From Streptosporangiaceae bacterium (GTDB lineage Bacteria; Actinomycetota; Actinomycetes; Streptosporangiales; Streptosporangiaceae): a DNA stretch of 64,000 bases. Shown here one piece after another: positions 26,158 to 37,464 of the stretch. Both the position numbers and the translations under genes were made by a program. The notes under the pieces are model-generated. The model was not told where the DNA came from. It searched no databases and saw only the letters and a program-made list of their open reading frames with translations. The stretch lies in the NCBI GenBank assembly GCA_035499215.1, contig DATJZH010000177.1, positions 31 through 64,030 of the forward strand, given 5' to 3'. Numbering within the stretch: the first letter of the stretch is position 1; every line of letters begins with the position of its first letter.

Positions 26158-29052
26158 TCAGCTTGGTGGCGGCCGTTTTGCCGGCGGCAGCGCCGCCAGC
26201 AACCCGGCCAGGCGGCTGATCTCGGCCCGGGCGGCAGCCAGCCGATCCCGGTTCTTGGCCACCACGGCCGCAGGCGCCTTCTCGACGAAGGACTGGCTGG
26301 CGAGCCTGCGTTCTGCTGCTTCCGCATCCCGCCGCGCGGCAGAAAGATCCTTCTCCAGTCTCCGGCGCTCGGCGGCGACGTCGATGCCCGCCGCAGTGTC
26401 CAGCTGCACGGTGACGCCCTCGGCCTGGACCGAGGCAGTCGGCGCGAAACGGTCTCCCGGCGGGTTGAGCCGCAGCAGCGAGCGGATCCGGGTCTCGTGC
26501 GCGGCCAGCCGGGTCGCGCCGATCCCGGCCAGGACGGCGGGCACCGGCTGGGCCGGGCGCAGGCCCTGATCAGAGCGGAACCGGCGCAGCTGCGTGACCA
26601 GGCGCATCAGCGCGCCGATCTCGGCCTCGGCGGCCGGGTCAGCCCGGGCGGCCGCGTCGGTCCCAGCCGCGTGGCCGGCCCCAGCCGCCTGGCTGCGCCG
26701 AGACTCGCGGCCGGCCCCAGCCGGCTGGCCGGGCTCCGTTGGCGCCAGGCTGGCGGCCGGGTCTGCCTGGGCCCGGCCCGCTGCCGCTCCGGCCGCGAGC
26801 TGGCCCGGCCAGCGCGCGACCACGACCGACTCGCCGCCGGTCAGCGCGGTCCACAGCTCCTCGGTGACGAAGGGCATCACCGGGTGGATCAGCCGCAGCA
26901 GCCGGTCGAGCACATGGCCGAGGACCAGCCGGGCGGCCGTGGCCGCCTGCTCGTCCGCGCCGTTCAGCGGGGCCTTGGCCAGCTCGAGATACCAGTCGCA
27001 GAACTCGTCCCAGGCGAAGTGGTACAGCACCTCGCAGAGCTTGGCGAACTCGAACCGCTCGAACAGCTCGTCCACCTCCGCCGTTACCGCGGCGAGCCGG
27101 GACAGGATCCACCGGTCGGGGACCGACAGCTCCTCGCGGGGGGGCAGCGGCTGCCCAGTGATCGCGCCGCTCAGCAGGGCGAACCTGGTGGCATTCCAGA
27201 GCTTGTTGCAGAAGTTCCGCGAGCCGGCCACCCACTCCTCGCTGACCGAGACGTCGCCGCCGGGCGTGGCCCCGCGCGCGAGAGTGAACCGGGTCGCGTC
27301 CGCGCCGAACCTGTCGATCCAGTCCAGCGGGTCGACGGTATTGCCGCGCGTCTTGGACATCTTCTTGCCGAACTGGTCCCGGACCAGGCCGTGCAGGGCA
27401 ACCTGCCGGAACGGCACCGCGTCGGCCGGCCCGGCGTCGGACATCGCGTAGAGGCCGAACATCATCATCCTGGCCACCCAGAAGAACAGGATGTCGTAGC
27501 CGGTGACCAGCACGCTGGTCGGGTAGAACGCGCTCAGGTCCGGGGTGCCGGCCGGCCAGCCCAGCGTGGAGAACGGCCACAGAGCAGAGGAGAACCAGGT
27601 GTCGAGGACGTCGGAGTCCTGGCGCCAGCCCGCTGAGGGGGCCTTGTCGTCGGGGCCGAGGCAGACGGCCTCGCCATCTGGCGAGTACCAGACCGGGATC
27701 CGGTGGCCCCACCACAGCTGGCGGCTGATGCACCAGTCGTGCATGTCATCGACCCAGTCGAAGTAGCGCGCCGCCATCTCGCGGGGGTAGATTCGCACCC
27801 GTCCGTCCCGGACCGCGTCGCCGGCCGCCTTGGCCAGCGGCCCGACCTTGACGAACCATTGCAGCGACAGGCGCGGCTCGACCGTGGTCCCGCACCGGTC
27901 GCAGTGTCCCACGGCATGCAGATACGGGCGGCGCTCGGCCACTACCCGGCTGTCTGCACGCAGCGCCGCCAGCACGGCGGGACGTGCCTCGAACCTGTCC
28001 AGGCCCTGGAACGGCCCCGGCGCGACGATGACGGCGCGCTCATCCATGATCATAATGGCGGGCAGGTTGTGCCGCCGGCCGATCTCGAAGTCGTCGGGAT
28101 CGTGCCCGGGCGTAACCTTGACCGCGCCGGTGCCGAACTCCGGATCCACGTGCGGGTCGGCCACCACCGGAATCATCCTGCCGGTGAGCGGCAGCTCGAC
28201 GTCACGGCCGACTAGATGGATGTACCGCGGGTCGTCGGGATGCACGGCGACGCCGGTATCGCCGAGCATCGTCTCCAGCCGGGTGGTGGCCACGACGATC
28301 GAGTTCGCGCCGTCGCCATACCGGACGGACACCAGCTCGCCCTCGTCGTCAAAGTGATCGACCTCGATGTCCGACAGCGCCGTCAGGCACCGCGGGCACC
28401 AGTTGATGATGCGCTGCGCCCGGTAGATGAGACCGTCGTCGAACAGCCGCTTGAAGATCGTCTGCACGGCACGAGACAGTCCCTGGTCCATGGTGAACCG
28501 CTCGCGGGACCAGTCCACGCCGTCACCCAGCCGGCGCATCTGGCCGAGTATCGCGCCGCCGGACTGCGCCTTCCACTGCCAGACCCGCTCGACGAACGCC
28601 TCCCGGCCCAGGTCGTGGCGGCTGAGGCCCTCCTTGGCAAGCTCGCGCTCGACCACGTTCTGGGTCGCGATCCCGGCGTGGTCCGTGCCGGGCACCCACA
28701 GCGCGTTGTAACCCTGCATTCTGCGGCGGCGGGTCAGCGCGTCGATCAGCGTGTGGTCCAGCGCGTGGCCGATGTGCAGGGAGCCGGTCACATTGGGCGG
28801 CGGGATGACAATCGTGAACGGCGGGGCGCTCGACGCGGAATCCGGGGTGAAGTAACCGGCCGCTACCCAGCCCTCGTAGCGGCGCGTCTCGACATCGCGG
28901 GGCGAGTACTGCGGCGGTAGCCGGGCGTGCTGGGCGTAGCGGGCGCGCTGGGCGTCCCGGGCGTCGGTCACGTCAGGTGAGTCTACGTAGTCGCCGGATC
29001 CCGCGCTGGCCAGGGCTTCCAGGCGGGCGTCCCGGGTCGCGGACATGGTCAA
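26158..29052 (-). CDS. valS: Valine--tRNA ligase
   Basis: HIGH motif [22 protein letters not shown] motif [10 protein letters not shown] and a C-terminal coiled coil. A ~60-aa low-complexity insert precedes the coiled coil. Confidence 0.96.
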   Translation of the reverse strand: MTMSATRDARLEALASAGSGDYVDSPDVTDARDAQRARYAQHARLPPQYSPRDVETRRYEGWVAAGYFTPDSASSAPPFTIVIPPPNVTGSLHIGHALDHTLIDALTRRRRMQGYNALWVPGTDHAGIATQNVVERELAKEGLSRHDLGREAFVERVWQWKAQSGGAILGQMRRLGDGVDWSRERFTMDQGLSRAVQTIFKRLFDDGLIYRAQRIINWCPRCLTALSDIEVDHFDDEGELVSVRYGDGANSIVVATTRLETMLGDTGVAVHPDDPRYIHLVGRDVELPLTGRMIPVVADPHVDPEFGTGAVKVTPGHDPDDFEIGRRHNLPAIMIMDERAVIVAPGPFQGLDRFEARPAVLAALRADSRVVAERRPYLHAVGHCDRCGTTVEPRLSLQWFVKVGPLAKAAGDAVRDGRVRIYPREMAARYFDWVDDMHDWCISRQLWWGHRIPVWYSPDGEAVCLGPDDKAPSAGWRQDSDVLDTWFSSALWPFSTLGWPAGTPDLSAFYPTSVLVTGYDILFFWVARMMMFGLYAMSDAGPADAVPFRQVALHGLVRDQFGKKMSKTRGNTVDPLDWIDRFGADATRFTLARGATPGGDVSVSEEWVAGSRNFCNKLWNATRFALLSGAITGQPLPPREELSVPDRWILSRLAAVTAEVDELFERFEFAKLCEVLYHFAWDEFCDWYLELAKAPLNGADEQAATAARLVLGHVLDRLLRLIHPVMPFVTEELWTALTGGESVVVARWPGQLAAGAAAGRAQADPAASLAPTEPGQPAGAGRESRRSQAAGAGHAAGTDAAARADPAAEAEIGALMRLVTQLRRFRSDQGLRPAQPVPAVLAGIGATRLAAHETRIRSLLRLNPPGDRFAPTASVQAEGVTVQLDTAAGIDVAAERRRLEKDLSAARRDAEAAERRLASQSFVEKAPAAVVAKNRDRLAAARAEISRLAGLLAALPPAKRPPPS

Positions 29053-29100
29053 CCCCGGCCGGGCGGCGGGCAGCGCCGCGTGGCACGGATGCGAGCCGGG

Positions 29101-30375
29101 TCAGGCTGACTTCTCGCGCGGTGTCCGGCGGGCGACGTCGCGCGGCACGAGGGTGGGATTGACGTTCTCCAGCACTGCCTCGCGTGTGATCACCACGCGC
29201 TCGACGTCCTTACGGCTGGGCACCTCGTACATGACCGACAGCAGAACTTCTTCGAGGATCGCGCGCAGGCCCCGCGCGCCGGTACCGCGCAGGATCGCCT
29301 GGTCTGCCACCGCCTCCAGCGCGTCGTCGGTGAATTCCAGGTCGACGCCGTCCAGCTCGAACAGCCGCCGGTACTGCCGGACTAGCGCGTTGCGCGGCTC
29401 GGTCAGGATGCGGATCAGCGCCTCCCGGTCCAGGTTGTGCACGCTGGTGATAACCGGCAGCCGGCCGACGAACTCGGGGATCATGCCGAACTTCAGCAGG
29501 TCCTCGGGCATGACTTCGGCAAACGGATCAGCCGATGGCTTGTCGGTCTTCACCCGCAGGACCGCCCCGAAGCCCATCCCGCTGCGGCCGACCCGGTGCT
29601 CGATGATCTTCTCCAGACCTGCGAAGGCCCCGCCGCAGACGAACAGCACGTTGGTGGTGTCGATCTGGATGAACTCCTGATGCGGATGCTTGCGGCCGCC
29701 CTGTGGCGGCACCGAGGCGGTCGTCCCCTCGAGGATCTTGAGCAGGGCCTGCTGGACGCCCTCGCCGGAAACGTCACGGGTTATCGACGGGTTCTCGCTC
29801 TTGCGGGCGATCTTGTCGATCTCGTCAATGTAGATGATGCCGGTCTCGGCCTTCTTGACGTCATAGTCAGCGGCCTGGATGAGCTTGAGCAGGATGTTCT
29901 CGACGTCCTCGCCGACGTACCCGGCCTCGGTCAGCGCGGTCGCGTCCGCGATCGCGAACGGGACATTCAGCAGCCGGGCGAGCGTCTGGGCCAGCAGCGT
30001 CTTGCCCGAGCCCGTCGGCCCGAGCAGCAGGATATTGGACTTGGCCAGCTCGACGCCGTCCTCGCCGGGCCGCTCACCGCCGGACTGCACGCGCTTGTAG
30101 TGGTTGTAGACGGCTACCGACAGGCCCTTCTTGGCCTTCTCCTGCCCGATCACGTACGAGTCAAGGAACTCGTATATCTCACGCGGCTTGGGCAGGCTGT
30201 CCCATTTCAGTTCCGGTGGCTCGGCGAGCTCTTCCTCGATGATCTCGTTGCAGAGGTCGATGCACTCGTCGCAGATGTACACGCCTGGCCCGGCGATCAG
30301 CTTCTTCACCTGCTTCTGGCTCTTTCCGCAGAATGAGCATTTCAGCAGATCACCGCCATCGCCGATGCGTGCCAC
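29101..30375 (-). CDS. clpX: ATP-dependent Clp protease ATP-binding subunit ClpX
   Basis: Zinc finger [33 protein letters not shown] and Walker [19 protein letters not shown] start at 30375 is preceded by AAGGAG. The upstream part of the track ORF is rejected. Confidence 0.96.
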   Translation of the reverse strand: MARIGDGGDLLKCSFCGKSQKQVKKLIAGPGVYICDECIDLCNEIIEEELAEPPELKWDSLPKPREIYEFLDSYVIGQEKAKKGLSVAVYNHYKRVQSGGERPGEDGVELAKSNILLLGPTGSGKTLLAQTLARLLNVPFAIADATALTEAGYVGEDVENILLKLIQAADYDVKKAETGIIYIDEIDKIARKSENPSITRDVSGEGVQQALLKILEGTTASVPPQGGRKHPHQEFIQIDTTNVLFVCGGAFAGLEKIIEHRVGRSGMGFGAVLRVKTDKPSADPFAEVMPEDLLKFGMIPEFVGRLPVITSVHNLDREALIRILTEPRNALVRQYRRLFELDGVDLEFTDDALEAVADQAILRGTGARGLRAILEEVLLSVMYEVPSRKDVERVVITREAVLENVNPTLVPRDVARRTPREKSA

Positions 30376-30547
30376 CCAGATACTCCTTTGCCCGGGCCGC
30401 CTGCCGGCGGCCAGATCTGACCGCCTGCGGCGGGCGGCTTCAGCGGAACATCTCCGCGTAGAACCTAGACCGTACCGCCTAAGCGGCCCTTGTTGTGGCC
30501 GAAGGGCCCCGCTGCCGGCGCGCCGCCGGCGCAACCTAGCCCACCGG

Positions 30548-31234
30548 TTAAGACGACACTACCTCGGACTTGCGCTTGAGCATCGTCAGAACCTCATCCA
30601 CCATGCCGTAGTCCTTCGCCTCCTGCGCGGTGAAGAACTTGTCGCGCTCGATGTCACGGCGGATCTCCTCCTCGTCCCGGCCCGTGTGATTGGCCAGCAC
30701 GCGCTCCATCGCCGTGCGCATGCGGAGGATCTCCCTGGCCTGAATCTCCAGGTCACTGGACTGGCCGTAGCCGCTCTCGACGGCGGGCTGGTGGATCAGG
30801 ATCCGTGAGTTCGGCAGTGCCATCCGCTTTCCCCTGGTGCCGGCCGCAAGCAGCACGGCGGCCGCCGACGCGGCCTGGCCGAGGCAGAATGTCTGGATCT
30901 CAGGCTGGATGTACTGCATCGTGTCGTAAATCGCCATCATCGACGTCATCGACCCGCCCGGCGAGTTGATGTACATGAGGATGTCGCGGTCGGGGTCAAT
31001 CGACTCCAGGGTGATCAGCTGCGCCATCACGTCGTTGGCCGACGCGTCGTCGATCTGCACGCCCAGGAAGATGATCCGCTCCTCGAAGAGCTTGTTGTAC
31101 GGGTTCATCTCCTTGATGCCGTACGACGTGCGCTCGACGAACGACGGCAGCACGTACCTGGCCTCGGCCTGGCCTGCTGCCGATCGGTTACCTGCGTCCA
31201 ACTTGGCCTCCATGATTTGGTGCAACAGCGTCAC
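30548..31234 (-). CDS. clpP2: ATP-dependent Clp protease proteolytic subunit ClpP2
   Basis: [52 protein letters not shown] 31234 overlaps the clpP1 stop (GTGA). ATG 31213 is an alternative start. Confidence 0.93.
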   Translation of the reverse strand: MTLLHQIMEAKLDAGNRSAAGQAEARYVLPSFVERTSYGIKEMNPYNKLFEERIIFLGVQIDDASANDVMAQLITLESIDPDRDILMYINSPGGSMTSMMAIYDTMQYIQPEIQTFCLGQAASAAAVLLAAGTRGKRMALPNSRILIHQPAVESGYGQSSDLEIQAREILRMRTAMERVLANHTGRDEEEIRRDIERDKFFTAQEAKDYGMVDEVLTMLKRKSEVVSS

Positions 31235-31863
31235 GAGACCGGCCCTTCGGTGGGCACCTCGGTGGCGCTGCGCACCACGTGATCGACGAATCCGTACTCC
31301 TTGGCCTGGTCCGCGGTGAACCAGCGGTCCCGGTCGGAGTCGATCTCGATCTGCTCGACGGTCTGGCCGGTATGCATGGCGGTCCGCTCGGCCAGGATGC
31401 GCTTGAGGTACAGGATCTGCTCGGCCTGGATCCTGATGTCGGTGGCCGTGCCGCCGATGCCGCCGTGCGGCTGGTGCAGCAGGACCTGCGCGTGCGGCAT
31501 GGCGTAGCGCTTGCCGGGCGTGCCGGCGCAGAGCAGGAACTGGCCCATCGACGCTGCCATCCCCATCGCGTAGGTCGCGACATCGTTGGGCACGTACTGC
31601 ATGACGTCGTAAATCGCCAGGCCCGCGCTCACCGACCCGCCGGGCGAGTTGATGTACAGGCTGATGTCGCGGTGTGCGTCCTCCGCGGCGAGCAGCACGA
31701 GCTCGGCGGAGATCCGGTTCGCGAGCTCGTCGTCAATCTGCTGGCCCAGGAAAACGATCCGGTGCCGCAGCAGACGCTGGAAAAGCTGGTCTCCCAGCGG
31801 CAGGACCTGCTCAGCGGTCCGCGCGAGTATGCTCGCGGGCCGCTGGTCGTGGGCCGGCGTCAT
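31231..31863 (-). CDS. clpP1: ATP-dependent Clp protease proteolytic subunit ClpP1
   Basis: [54 protein letters not shown] 31863 is preceded by GAGGAGGG. Confidence 0.94.
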   Translation of the reverse strand: MTPAHDQRPASILARTAEQVLPLGDQLFQRLLRHRIVFLGQQIDDELANRISAELVLLAAEDAHRDISLYINSPGGSVSAGLAIYDVMQYVPNDVATYAMGMAASMGQFLLCAGTPGKRYAMPHAQVLLHQPHGGIGGTATDIRIQAEQILYLKRILAERTAMHTGQTVEQIEIDSDRDRWFTADQAKEYGFVDHVVRSATEVPTEGPVS

Positions 31864-31954
31864 CACGATGCCCTCCTCGTTCTGTTGTCCCGCGGCTTGT
31901 CTTGACAGTGACGATAACGCGCGGCCACAGGCGCTAAGTCCGCTGCTGGCGCCT

Positions 31955-31968
31955 GTTCGCTGTCGGCG
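31955..31968. promoter_or_regulatory. ClgR-operator-like motif upstream of clpP1
   Basis: gttcgc tgtcg gcg matches GTTCGC-N5-GCG, the Streptomyces ClgR operator as I recall it. It lies ~90-105 nt upstream of the clpP1 start, in the tig-clpP1 intergenic region. Confidence 0.45.
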
Positions 31969-32000
31969 CAGGCGCGCTCCGGCCGAGGCCGCCTGGCCGG

Positions 32001-33437
32001 TCACGGCGACTCGCCGGCCCCGGCGCTCCCGGCCCCGGCGCTCCCGGCCCCGGCGGCGGCCGGCACCAGCTCCGCTCCCTCGCCGGCGCCGTCGCCGGCC
32101 TGCCCGGCAGCCGCTTCATCGTCGTCGGGCGCCGGCCCGAGGTCGACCTCGCGGCCGGACTCGTCGACGACGCTAGCCCGCTGCGCGATCAGCGACAGCG
32201 CCTTGAACCGCAGGACGTCCGCAACGACCGCGCCAAGCTGGCTGCGGTCGGTCAGTTCCTTGGCCAGCCGGTCCGGCGGGACGCCGAGCCGGTAGGCCTG
32301 CTCGGTGACGTAGGCGCCAAGGTCGCCCTCCGTCACGCCCAGGTCCTCCTGCCTGGCGAGTTTGTCCAGGATGAAGCCTGCCTTGACTGAGCGCCGCGCA
32401 TCCTCGCCAAAATCGGCTTCCAGTTCCTCGGCGGTCTTGCCGATGGCCTCAAGATAGGAGTCCAGCGTGGCGTCGGATCGCTCCAGCCGCTCCGCAAGCG
32501 ACTGCCGCCGCTGCTCGATCTCGGCGTCGATGACCCGGTCAGGCAGCGGAATCTCGATCCTGGCCAGCAGCGCGTCCAGCGCCCGCTCGCGCGCCTGGCC
32601 CGCCTGACCTGCCCGGCGCATCTCCTCGAGCTGGCCCCTGGTGCTGGCGCGCAGCTCGCCGATCGTGTCGAACTCGCTGGCGGACTGCGCGAACTCATCG
32701 TCAAGGTCGGGCAGTTCCTTGACCTTGACGCTGTCAACGGTCACGCTGACGTCCGCTGTCTGGCCGGCCAGCGCGCCGCCCGTCAGCTCAGCGGAAAACG
32801 TCCTTGTCTCGCCGACGGTCATCCCGGCCAGCGCCTCGTCCAGCCCGTCCAGCATGTTGCCGCTGCCGACCTCGTAGGAGATGCCGCTGGCCTGCGCGTC
32901 CTCGACCGGCTTGCCGTCCACTGAAGCCGCCAGGTCGACCGAGACATAGTCGCCGTCCTGGACCGCACGGTCAACGCCCTTGAGCGAGGCGAACCGCTCC
33001 CGCAGCGTGCCGAGATACTCCTCCACGTCGTCAGGGGTCACCTCGGCGTCGTCGACTGTGACCGGCATCCCCTCGATATCGGGGATATCGAAGGCGGGCC
33101 GGATGTCCACCTCGGCGGTGAAGGCCAGCTCCTTGCCGTCATCGAGCTTGGTGATCTCCAGCTCTGGCTGGCCGAGGGCGACGACCTCGTGCTCGGCCAG
33201 CGCCTTCCCGTAGAGCTCGGGCACGGCGTCGTTGACTGCCTGCTCGAGCACCGCCCCCCGGCCTACCCGCTGGTCGATGACCCGCGGCGGCACATGGCCA
33301 GGCCGGAAGCCTGGCACCCGGATCTGCCGGCCGACTTCGCGGTACGCGTGGTCGAGGCTGGGCTTTAGCTCTTCGAACGGAACCTCGACAGTGAGCTTGA
33401 CCCTGGTCGGGTTCAGCTCTTCGACGTCGGTCTTCAC
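32001..33437 (-). CDS. tig: Trigger factor
   Basis: [53 protein letters not shown] 33437 is preceded by GAGGGAG. The acidic/Gly-Ala-rich C-terminal tail contains a short 15-bp tandem repeat. Confidence 0.95.
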   Translation of the reverse strand: MKTDVEELNPTRVKLTVEVPFEELKPSLDHAYREVGRQIRVPGFRPGHVPPRVIDQRVGRGAVLEQAVNDAVPELYGKALAEHEVVALGQPELEITKLDDGKELAFTAEVDIRPAFDIPDIEGMPVTVDDAEVTPDDVEEYLGTLRERFASLKGVDRAVQDGDYVSVDLAASVDGKPVEDAQASGISYEVGSGNMLDGLDEALAGMTVGETRTFSAELTGGALAGQTADVSVTVDSVKVKELPDLDDEFAQSASEFDTIGELRASTRGQLEEMRRAGQAGQARERALDALLARIEIPLPDRVIDAEIEQRRQSLAERLERSDATLDSYLEAIGKTAEELEADFGEDARRSVKAGFILDKLARQEDLGVTEGDLGAYVTEQAYRLGVPPDRLAKELTDRSQLGAVVADVLRFKALSLIAQRASVVDESGREVDLGPAPDDDEAAAGQAGDGAGEGAELVPAAAGAGSAGAGSAGAGESP

Positions 33438-33550
33438 GGCAGGGTCACTCCCTCGGGCTTTCCCGAGCGCGGGCAGTCGCCAGCGGCGGGCCGGGCACGG
33501 ATGGTCACTCACGGATACGGCCGCCAAGTCTAGGGCAGCGCCGGGCCGCC

Positions 33551-33595
33551 TACCCGGCGCGGGCGACGCTCGTTACCCGGCGCGGGCGACGCTCG
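33551..33595. repeat. Perfect 22-nt direct repeat with a 23-bp period, between the LAL regulator stop and the tig promoter region
   Basis: tacccggcgcgggcgacgctcg occurs at 33551-33572 and at 33574-33595. Confidence 0.9.
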
Positions 33596-33624
33596 GCCGA
33601 GTTTACCGGGCAGCCCGATCCGGA

Positions 33625-36474
33625 TCAGAGGAGCTCAAGCTGGCGCCCCCGGGCTATGGCCTGGCGGCGGGACGTCACATCCAGCTTGCGGTAGACCGAC
33701 CGCAAATGCGTCTTGACCGTGTTGATCGACAGGAACAGCGCCTCGGCAATCTCCTGATTGGTCATCTGCGATGGCAGGAACCGCAGTACCGCGACCTCGC
33801 TCTGGGTCAGCGCCTCCGCCTGCCTGGGCGCCGCGCGGGCGCGATGCAGCTGAGTGTCGAACCGCTCCAGGATCCGGACGGCGAAACTAGCGCTGCGGCT
33901 GGTCGGCGGGATCAGCACGGTGATGGCCGACCTGACCGCCTGCCCGGCGTCCAGGAACACCCGGTACGCCTGATCCGGCTCGGCAAGCGCGAGAGCCCGG
34001 CCCAGCTGGTCGGCGGCCGTCCCGGCGTCGCCCTGGCGCCGGCTGGCGATGGCGGCGGTCACCAGGGCGGCAATCTTTATCTGCGGCGTCACGGCCGCGG
34101 CTTTGTCATCAAGGCACGGTCCGATGGCCGTCAGCGCGCCGGCGAAGTCGGCCTCGGCCAGCAGCAGCCTGGACCGCAGCACCGCGATATCGCCGCGGCC
34201 GCCCTGTGCCCTCTCATCAAGGCCGGCCAGGGCCGACCTGGCCCGCTCGGCGTCGCCCGTGTGCAGCGCGATCGCGCTGTCGAGGGCGGTCAGCAGCCCG
34301 TGCAGCCGCTGGTCGGCCCGGGCAGTGGTGTCCCGCAGCCGCAGCAGCAGTCCGCGGGCACCGGCGGCATCCCCGTCTGCCAGCGCGACCCGGGCTCGGA
34401 TCAGCGCGATCATCACGGCGGCCTGCGGCTCGCCGGGGAGCTGGCCGAAGGAGCTCTCGTCCGCCAGGTCAAGCAGCCTGCGAGCGCCTGCCAGGTCGTC
34501 GCGCGCCAGGCAGACCTGGGCGGCGGCGAGTGCGGCCAGGCACGAGGCCGCCGGGTCGGCGGGCCGGACCCGGGCCGGGCCCGCCGCCGCGAGCTCATCG
34601 GCCGCCAGCTGCGCGGCCGTCAGGTCGCCATCCCAGGCCTGTGCCAGCGCGTGCCACCCGCGCGCCCTGGCCCGCAGCTCGCCGAGGCCCCCGGCGGCGA
34701 GCCGGCGATCCGCCTGCTGCAGGGCATGCCGGGCGGCGCCGGTATCCCAGCGCCGCAACTGCGCGGTCCCGAGTGCGAACCAGAGCAACCCGGCAGCCCG
34801 GTGCTCGGGCACTGCAGCGCAGTTGCCCTGGGCCTGCTCGGCCAGCTCCCGGCCCTCAGCGAGCAGGCCGGTCTGGGCATCAGGCCTGCCGGCGGCCTGC
34901 ATGAGCCGCAGTGCCGCCAGCGCCGGCCCGATCACCCGGCCGCCGCCCGGCGCGCGGCTGCCGGGCGCGCGCGCAGCGCAGTCCAGGTGATGCGAGGCCC
35001 CGTCCGGATCATTATCGCCCAGCCTGGCCGCGGCGAGGGCCAGTGCCACAGCCGGATCGCTCGCGCAGCGCTCGGGCGGGAACAGAACCAGCACCTGCTC
35101 GAGCGCCGCCGCGTCGGCGCACAGCAGGGCGCCAGGTCCGGTCTGCGTCAGCACGTCCGCCGCGTAGTCCCAGTCGGCGGCCCGGGCCGCGGCGCGCACC
35201 GCGTCCAGGGTCTCGCCGTTGGCGGCATGCCACCGCGCCGCCCGGCCCAGCAGGACCGGGATCTCGTCGGGTATCTCCCTGCGCAGCTGGGCAGTCAGCA
35301 CATCGCGCAGCAGCGGGTGATACCGGTAGGCGGCGTGGTCGTGACCGACGGCCTCGACGAAGCTGTTCTCCCTGCTGAGCCGCTCCAGTGTGCGGCCGGC
35401 GCCCTGCTGGCCGGTCAATGCGTCGGCCAGGCTACCGGACGTCTGCTCGGTGATGCTGGTGCGCAGCATCAGCAGCCGGGTCTCCGGCGGCTGCCTGCCG
35501 AGCACCTCATCCCACAGGTAATCGGTGACGATCGGCTGATCGCCGGCAATGCGGGTAATCCGGCCGGCCTCCTGCGGCCTGGTCCGCGCGTTCATGGCCG
35601 CCAGCCGGAGCCCGGCCATCCAGCCTTCGGTGCGCCGGAGCAGCTCGTCCCGCTCGGCCGCCGCGACCTCGAGGCCGAGCATCGCGAAGTACGCATCCGC
35701 CTCCTCGACGGTGCACGCCAGATCGGGCGAGCCCACGTCCGCAAGCTCGCCGGCGACGCGCAGCCTGGCGAGCTGGAGCCGCGGCGGGCACCGCCCGGCC
35801 AGGATCAGCCGCAGCGCGGGCGGCGCGTGCCGGATTAGCAGGTCGAGGCCGGGCAGTACCGGGCTGTCGGCTAGTTCGTGCATGTCGTCGAGCACGAGGG
35901 TGACCGGGTCGGTGAACTGCTGGGCAGCTTCCACCAGGCGCAGCGGGAAGCCGCTGTCGGCTGGCACGTCCTGCAGCGAGCGCAGGACTCCGGCCCGGCC
36001 CGCCGCGGCACCCGCGAGGCTGGCCTGCAGGCACGCCCAGAGCCGGTCCGGCTCCCGGTCGCATGCGTCGAGCGTCAGCCAGGCGACGTGCCGCGGCCCG
36101 GCCGCGGCCGCCGCCCACGACGCGCAGGCGATGGTCTTCCCGGCGCCGGCCGGGCCGGACACGACGGTCACCCGATGACGTGCGGCCTGCCCGATCAGGT
36201 CGATGAGCCGGCGGCGGCGCAGCACGGCGAGGCTCAGCTGCGGTATCCGCAGCTTGTCGCCGAGCAGCTGCGAGGCGTCCGCAACCGGCTGGTGCTTCGC
36301 GCAGGCGGGCGGCGGCTTGCCGCCCAGCGCCGGCGGCTTGCCGCCGGGCGGCAGGTGCGTCTCGCCGAGCAGCAGCGACGTGTCCCCGAGCAGCCGAGCC
36401 TTGCCGAGCAGCTGCGACCCGTTCACAGCCGCCCGCGCTCGGCGCGCGGTGGCCAGGCTGGTGGTGCTTGCCAT
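33625..36474 (-). CDS. Large ATP-binding LuxR-family (LAL/MalT-like) transcriptional regulator
   Basis: Walker A VTVVSGPAGAGKTIAC, then TEGWMAGLRLAAM, TPR-like repeats and a C-terminal LuxR HTH (LTQSEVAVLRFLPSQMTNQEIAEALFLSINTVKTHLRSVYRKLDV). The start is uncertain: ATG 36474 is chosen, but the track ORF extends to 36594. Confidence 0.85.
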   Translation of the reverse strand: MASTTSLATARRARAAVNGSQLLGKARLLGDTSLLLGETHLPPGGKPPALGGKPPPACAKHQPVADASQLLGDKLRIPQLSLAVLRRRRLIDLIGQAARHRVTVVSGPAGAGKTIACASWAAAAAGPRHVAWLTLDACDREPDRLWACLQASLAGAAAGRAGVLRSLQDVPADSGFPLRLVEAAQQFTDPVTLVLDDMHELADSPVLPGLDLLIRHAPPALRLILAGRCPPRLQLARLRVAGELADVGSPDLACTVEEADAYFAMLGLEVAAAERDELLRRTEGWMAGLRLAAMNARTRPQEAGRITRIAGDQPIVTDYLWDEVLGRQPPETRLLMLRTSITEQTSGSLADALTGQQGAGRTLERLSRENSFVEAVGHDHAAYRYHPLLRDVLTAQLRREIPDEIPVLLGRAARWHAANGETLDAVRAAARAADWDYAADVLTQTGPGALLCADAAALEQVLVLFPPERCASDPAVALALAAARLGDNDPDGASHHLDCAARAPGSRAPGGGRVIGPALAALRLMQAAGRPDAQTGLLAEGRELAEQAQGNCAAVPEHRAAGLLWFALGTAQLRRWDTGAARHALQQADRRLAAGGLGELRARARGWHALAQAWDGDLTAAQLAADELAAAGPARVRPADPAASCLAALAAAQVCLARDDLAGARRLLDLADESSFGQLPGEPQAAVMIALIRARVALADGDAAGARGLLLRLRDTTARADQRLHGLLTALDSAIALHTGDAERARSALAGLDERAQGGRGDIAVLRSRLLLAEADFAGALTAIGPCLDDKAAAVTPQIKIAALVTAAIASRRQGDAGTAADQLGRALALAEPDQAYRVFLDAGQAVRSAITVLIPPTSRSASFAVRILERFDTQLHRARAAPRQAEALTQSEVAVLRFLPSQMTNQEIAEALFLSINTVKTHLRSVYRKLDVTSRRQAIARGRQLELL

Positions 36475-36828
36475 TGGTCCCCCGACCGGGCCTCTGGCCG
36501 ACACGCACAACTGGACGGTGGCGTCCTCACCCTGCGGGGTGAACGTGCGGCTCGCAGCCCTGCGACGGGAATACCCATGGTCTGCCGCGGCCAATCGCGG
36601 CTGGCACTGGCGAGCGCGCCGCCGGCCCGCGCCCCGCCGGCGCCGGTCTGAGCGCGCAAGGTCCTCTCACCCGAGCCGGATGATTCCATCGCCCGGTGCG
36701 ATCTCGGTGATCACGTGGGTATAACACCAGGCGGTTGGCGAACTCGCCGGCGCCCGGGGGAACGCAAGGGCGGCGGCGAGCCGAGCTGCGGGGCACCTGT
36801 CCCGCAGGCAACGAGAGGGGGCTGCTGC

Positions 36829-37359
36829 ATGACTACCGCGCAGGAAGGTCCGGGGGGAGTACCGGGCGGTACCGGAGCAAGCGGGGCTGCCGGAACAGCC
36901 AGCACGACCGGCACTGCGGGCTACCAGCCCGGCGCGCCCGGGGCAGCCGGGTACGAGCAGCCTGTCGACTACGCGAGGTCGGGCGCCAGCGTGGTCGTGG
37001 GCACGGTCCTGGCCGGCGTTCTGATGATCATCGCCGGCCTGTGGGGCTTCGTCGAAGGACTCACGGCCATCGTGAAGAGGCAGTTCTACACCACGGTGCC
37101 CAACTACACCTTCCGCCTGAGCATCCACGGGTGGGGCTGGATTCACCTGATCCTGGGGATCGTCGTCCTGGCTGCCGGCATCTGTGTGCTGGTGGGGATG
37201 GTCTGGGCGCGGGTGATCGGCGTCGCGCTGGCGGCGCTGAGCGCCCTGGCCAACTTCCTGTTCATCCCGTACTACCCGGTATGGGCGCTCATCGTGATCG
37301 CTCTCGACGTATTCATCATCTGGGCGCTGGTGACCGGCCTGCAACGCCAGCCGGGCTGA
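36829..37359 (+). CDS. Conserved actinobacterial 4-TM membrane protein (DUF7144-like; family name from memory)
   Basis: A Gly/Ala/Thr/Pro-rich N-terminus is followed by VLAGVLMIIAGLWGFVEGLTAIVKRQFY..SIHGWGWIHLILGIVVLAAG..FIPYYPVWALIVIALDVFIIWAL. ATG 36829 is preceded by GAGAGGGGG. Confidence 0.75.
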   Translation: MTTAQEGPGGVPGGTGASGAAGTASTTGTAGYQPGAPGAAGYEQPVDYARSGASVVVGTVLAGVLMIIAGLWGFVEGLTAIVKRQFYTTVPNYTFRLSIHGWGWIHLILGIVVLAAGICVLVGMVWARVIGVALAALSALANFLFIPYYPVWALIVIALDVFIIWALVTGLQRQPG

Positions 37360-37370
37360 CCGCATGCTGC

Positions 37371-37408
37371 GGCCGGCCGCGTCCCGCATCAGCGGGACGC
37401 GGCCGGCC
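37371..37408. terminator. Perfect 17-bp-stem hairpin between convergent genes (bidirectional terminator candidate)
   Basis: ggccggccgcgtcccgc (37371-37387), loop atca, gcgggacgcggccggcc (37392-37408). It lies between the stop at 37359 (plus strand) and the cydC stop at 37465 (minus strand). Confidence 0.6.
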
Positions 37409-37464
37409 CTGCGCTGCGGCGACACCGCCGCCCCGGCGTGCTCGCCGGGCGACTGGCGTCGCTT

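Noticed and set aside
33232-35838. 868-aa plus-strand ORF, and similar long ORFs (13098..14864 +, 26125..27636 +, 2782..3957 -, 48644..50020 +, 6654..7595 +, 40230..41189 +)
   Set aside because: Each lies antisense to, or out of frame with, a gene that has clear family motifs (LAL regulator, radical SAM, valS, M48 peptidase, antiporter, obg, cydD). Compositions are low-complexity Arg/Pro/Gly/Ala. I treat them as GC-bias artefacts.
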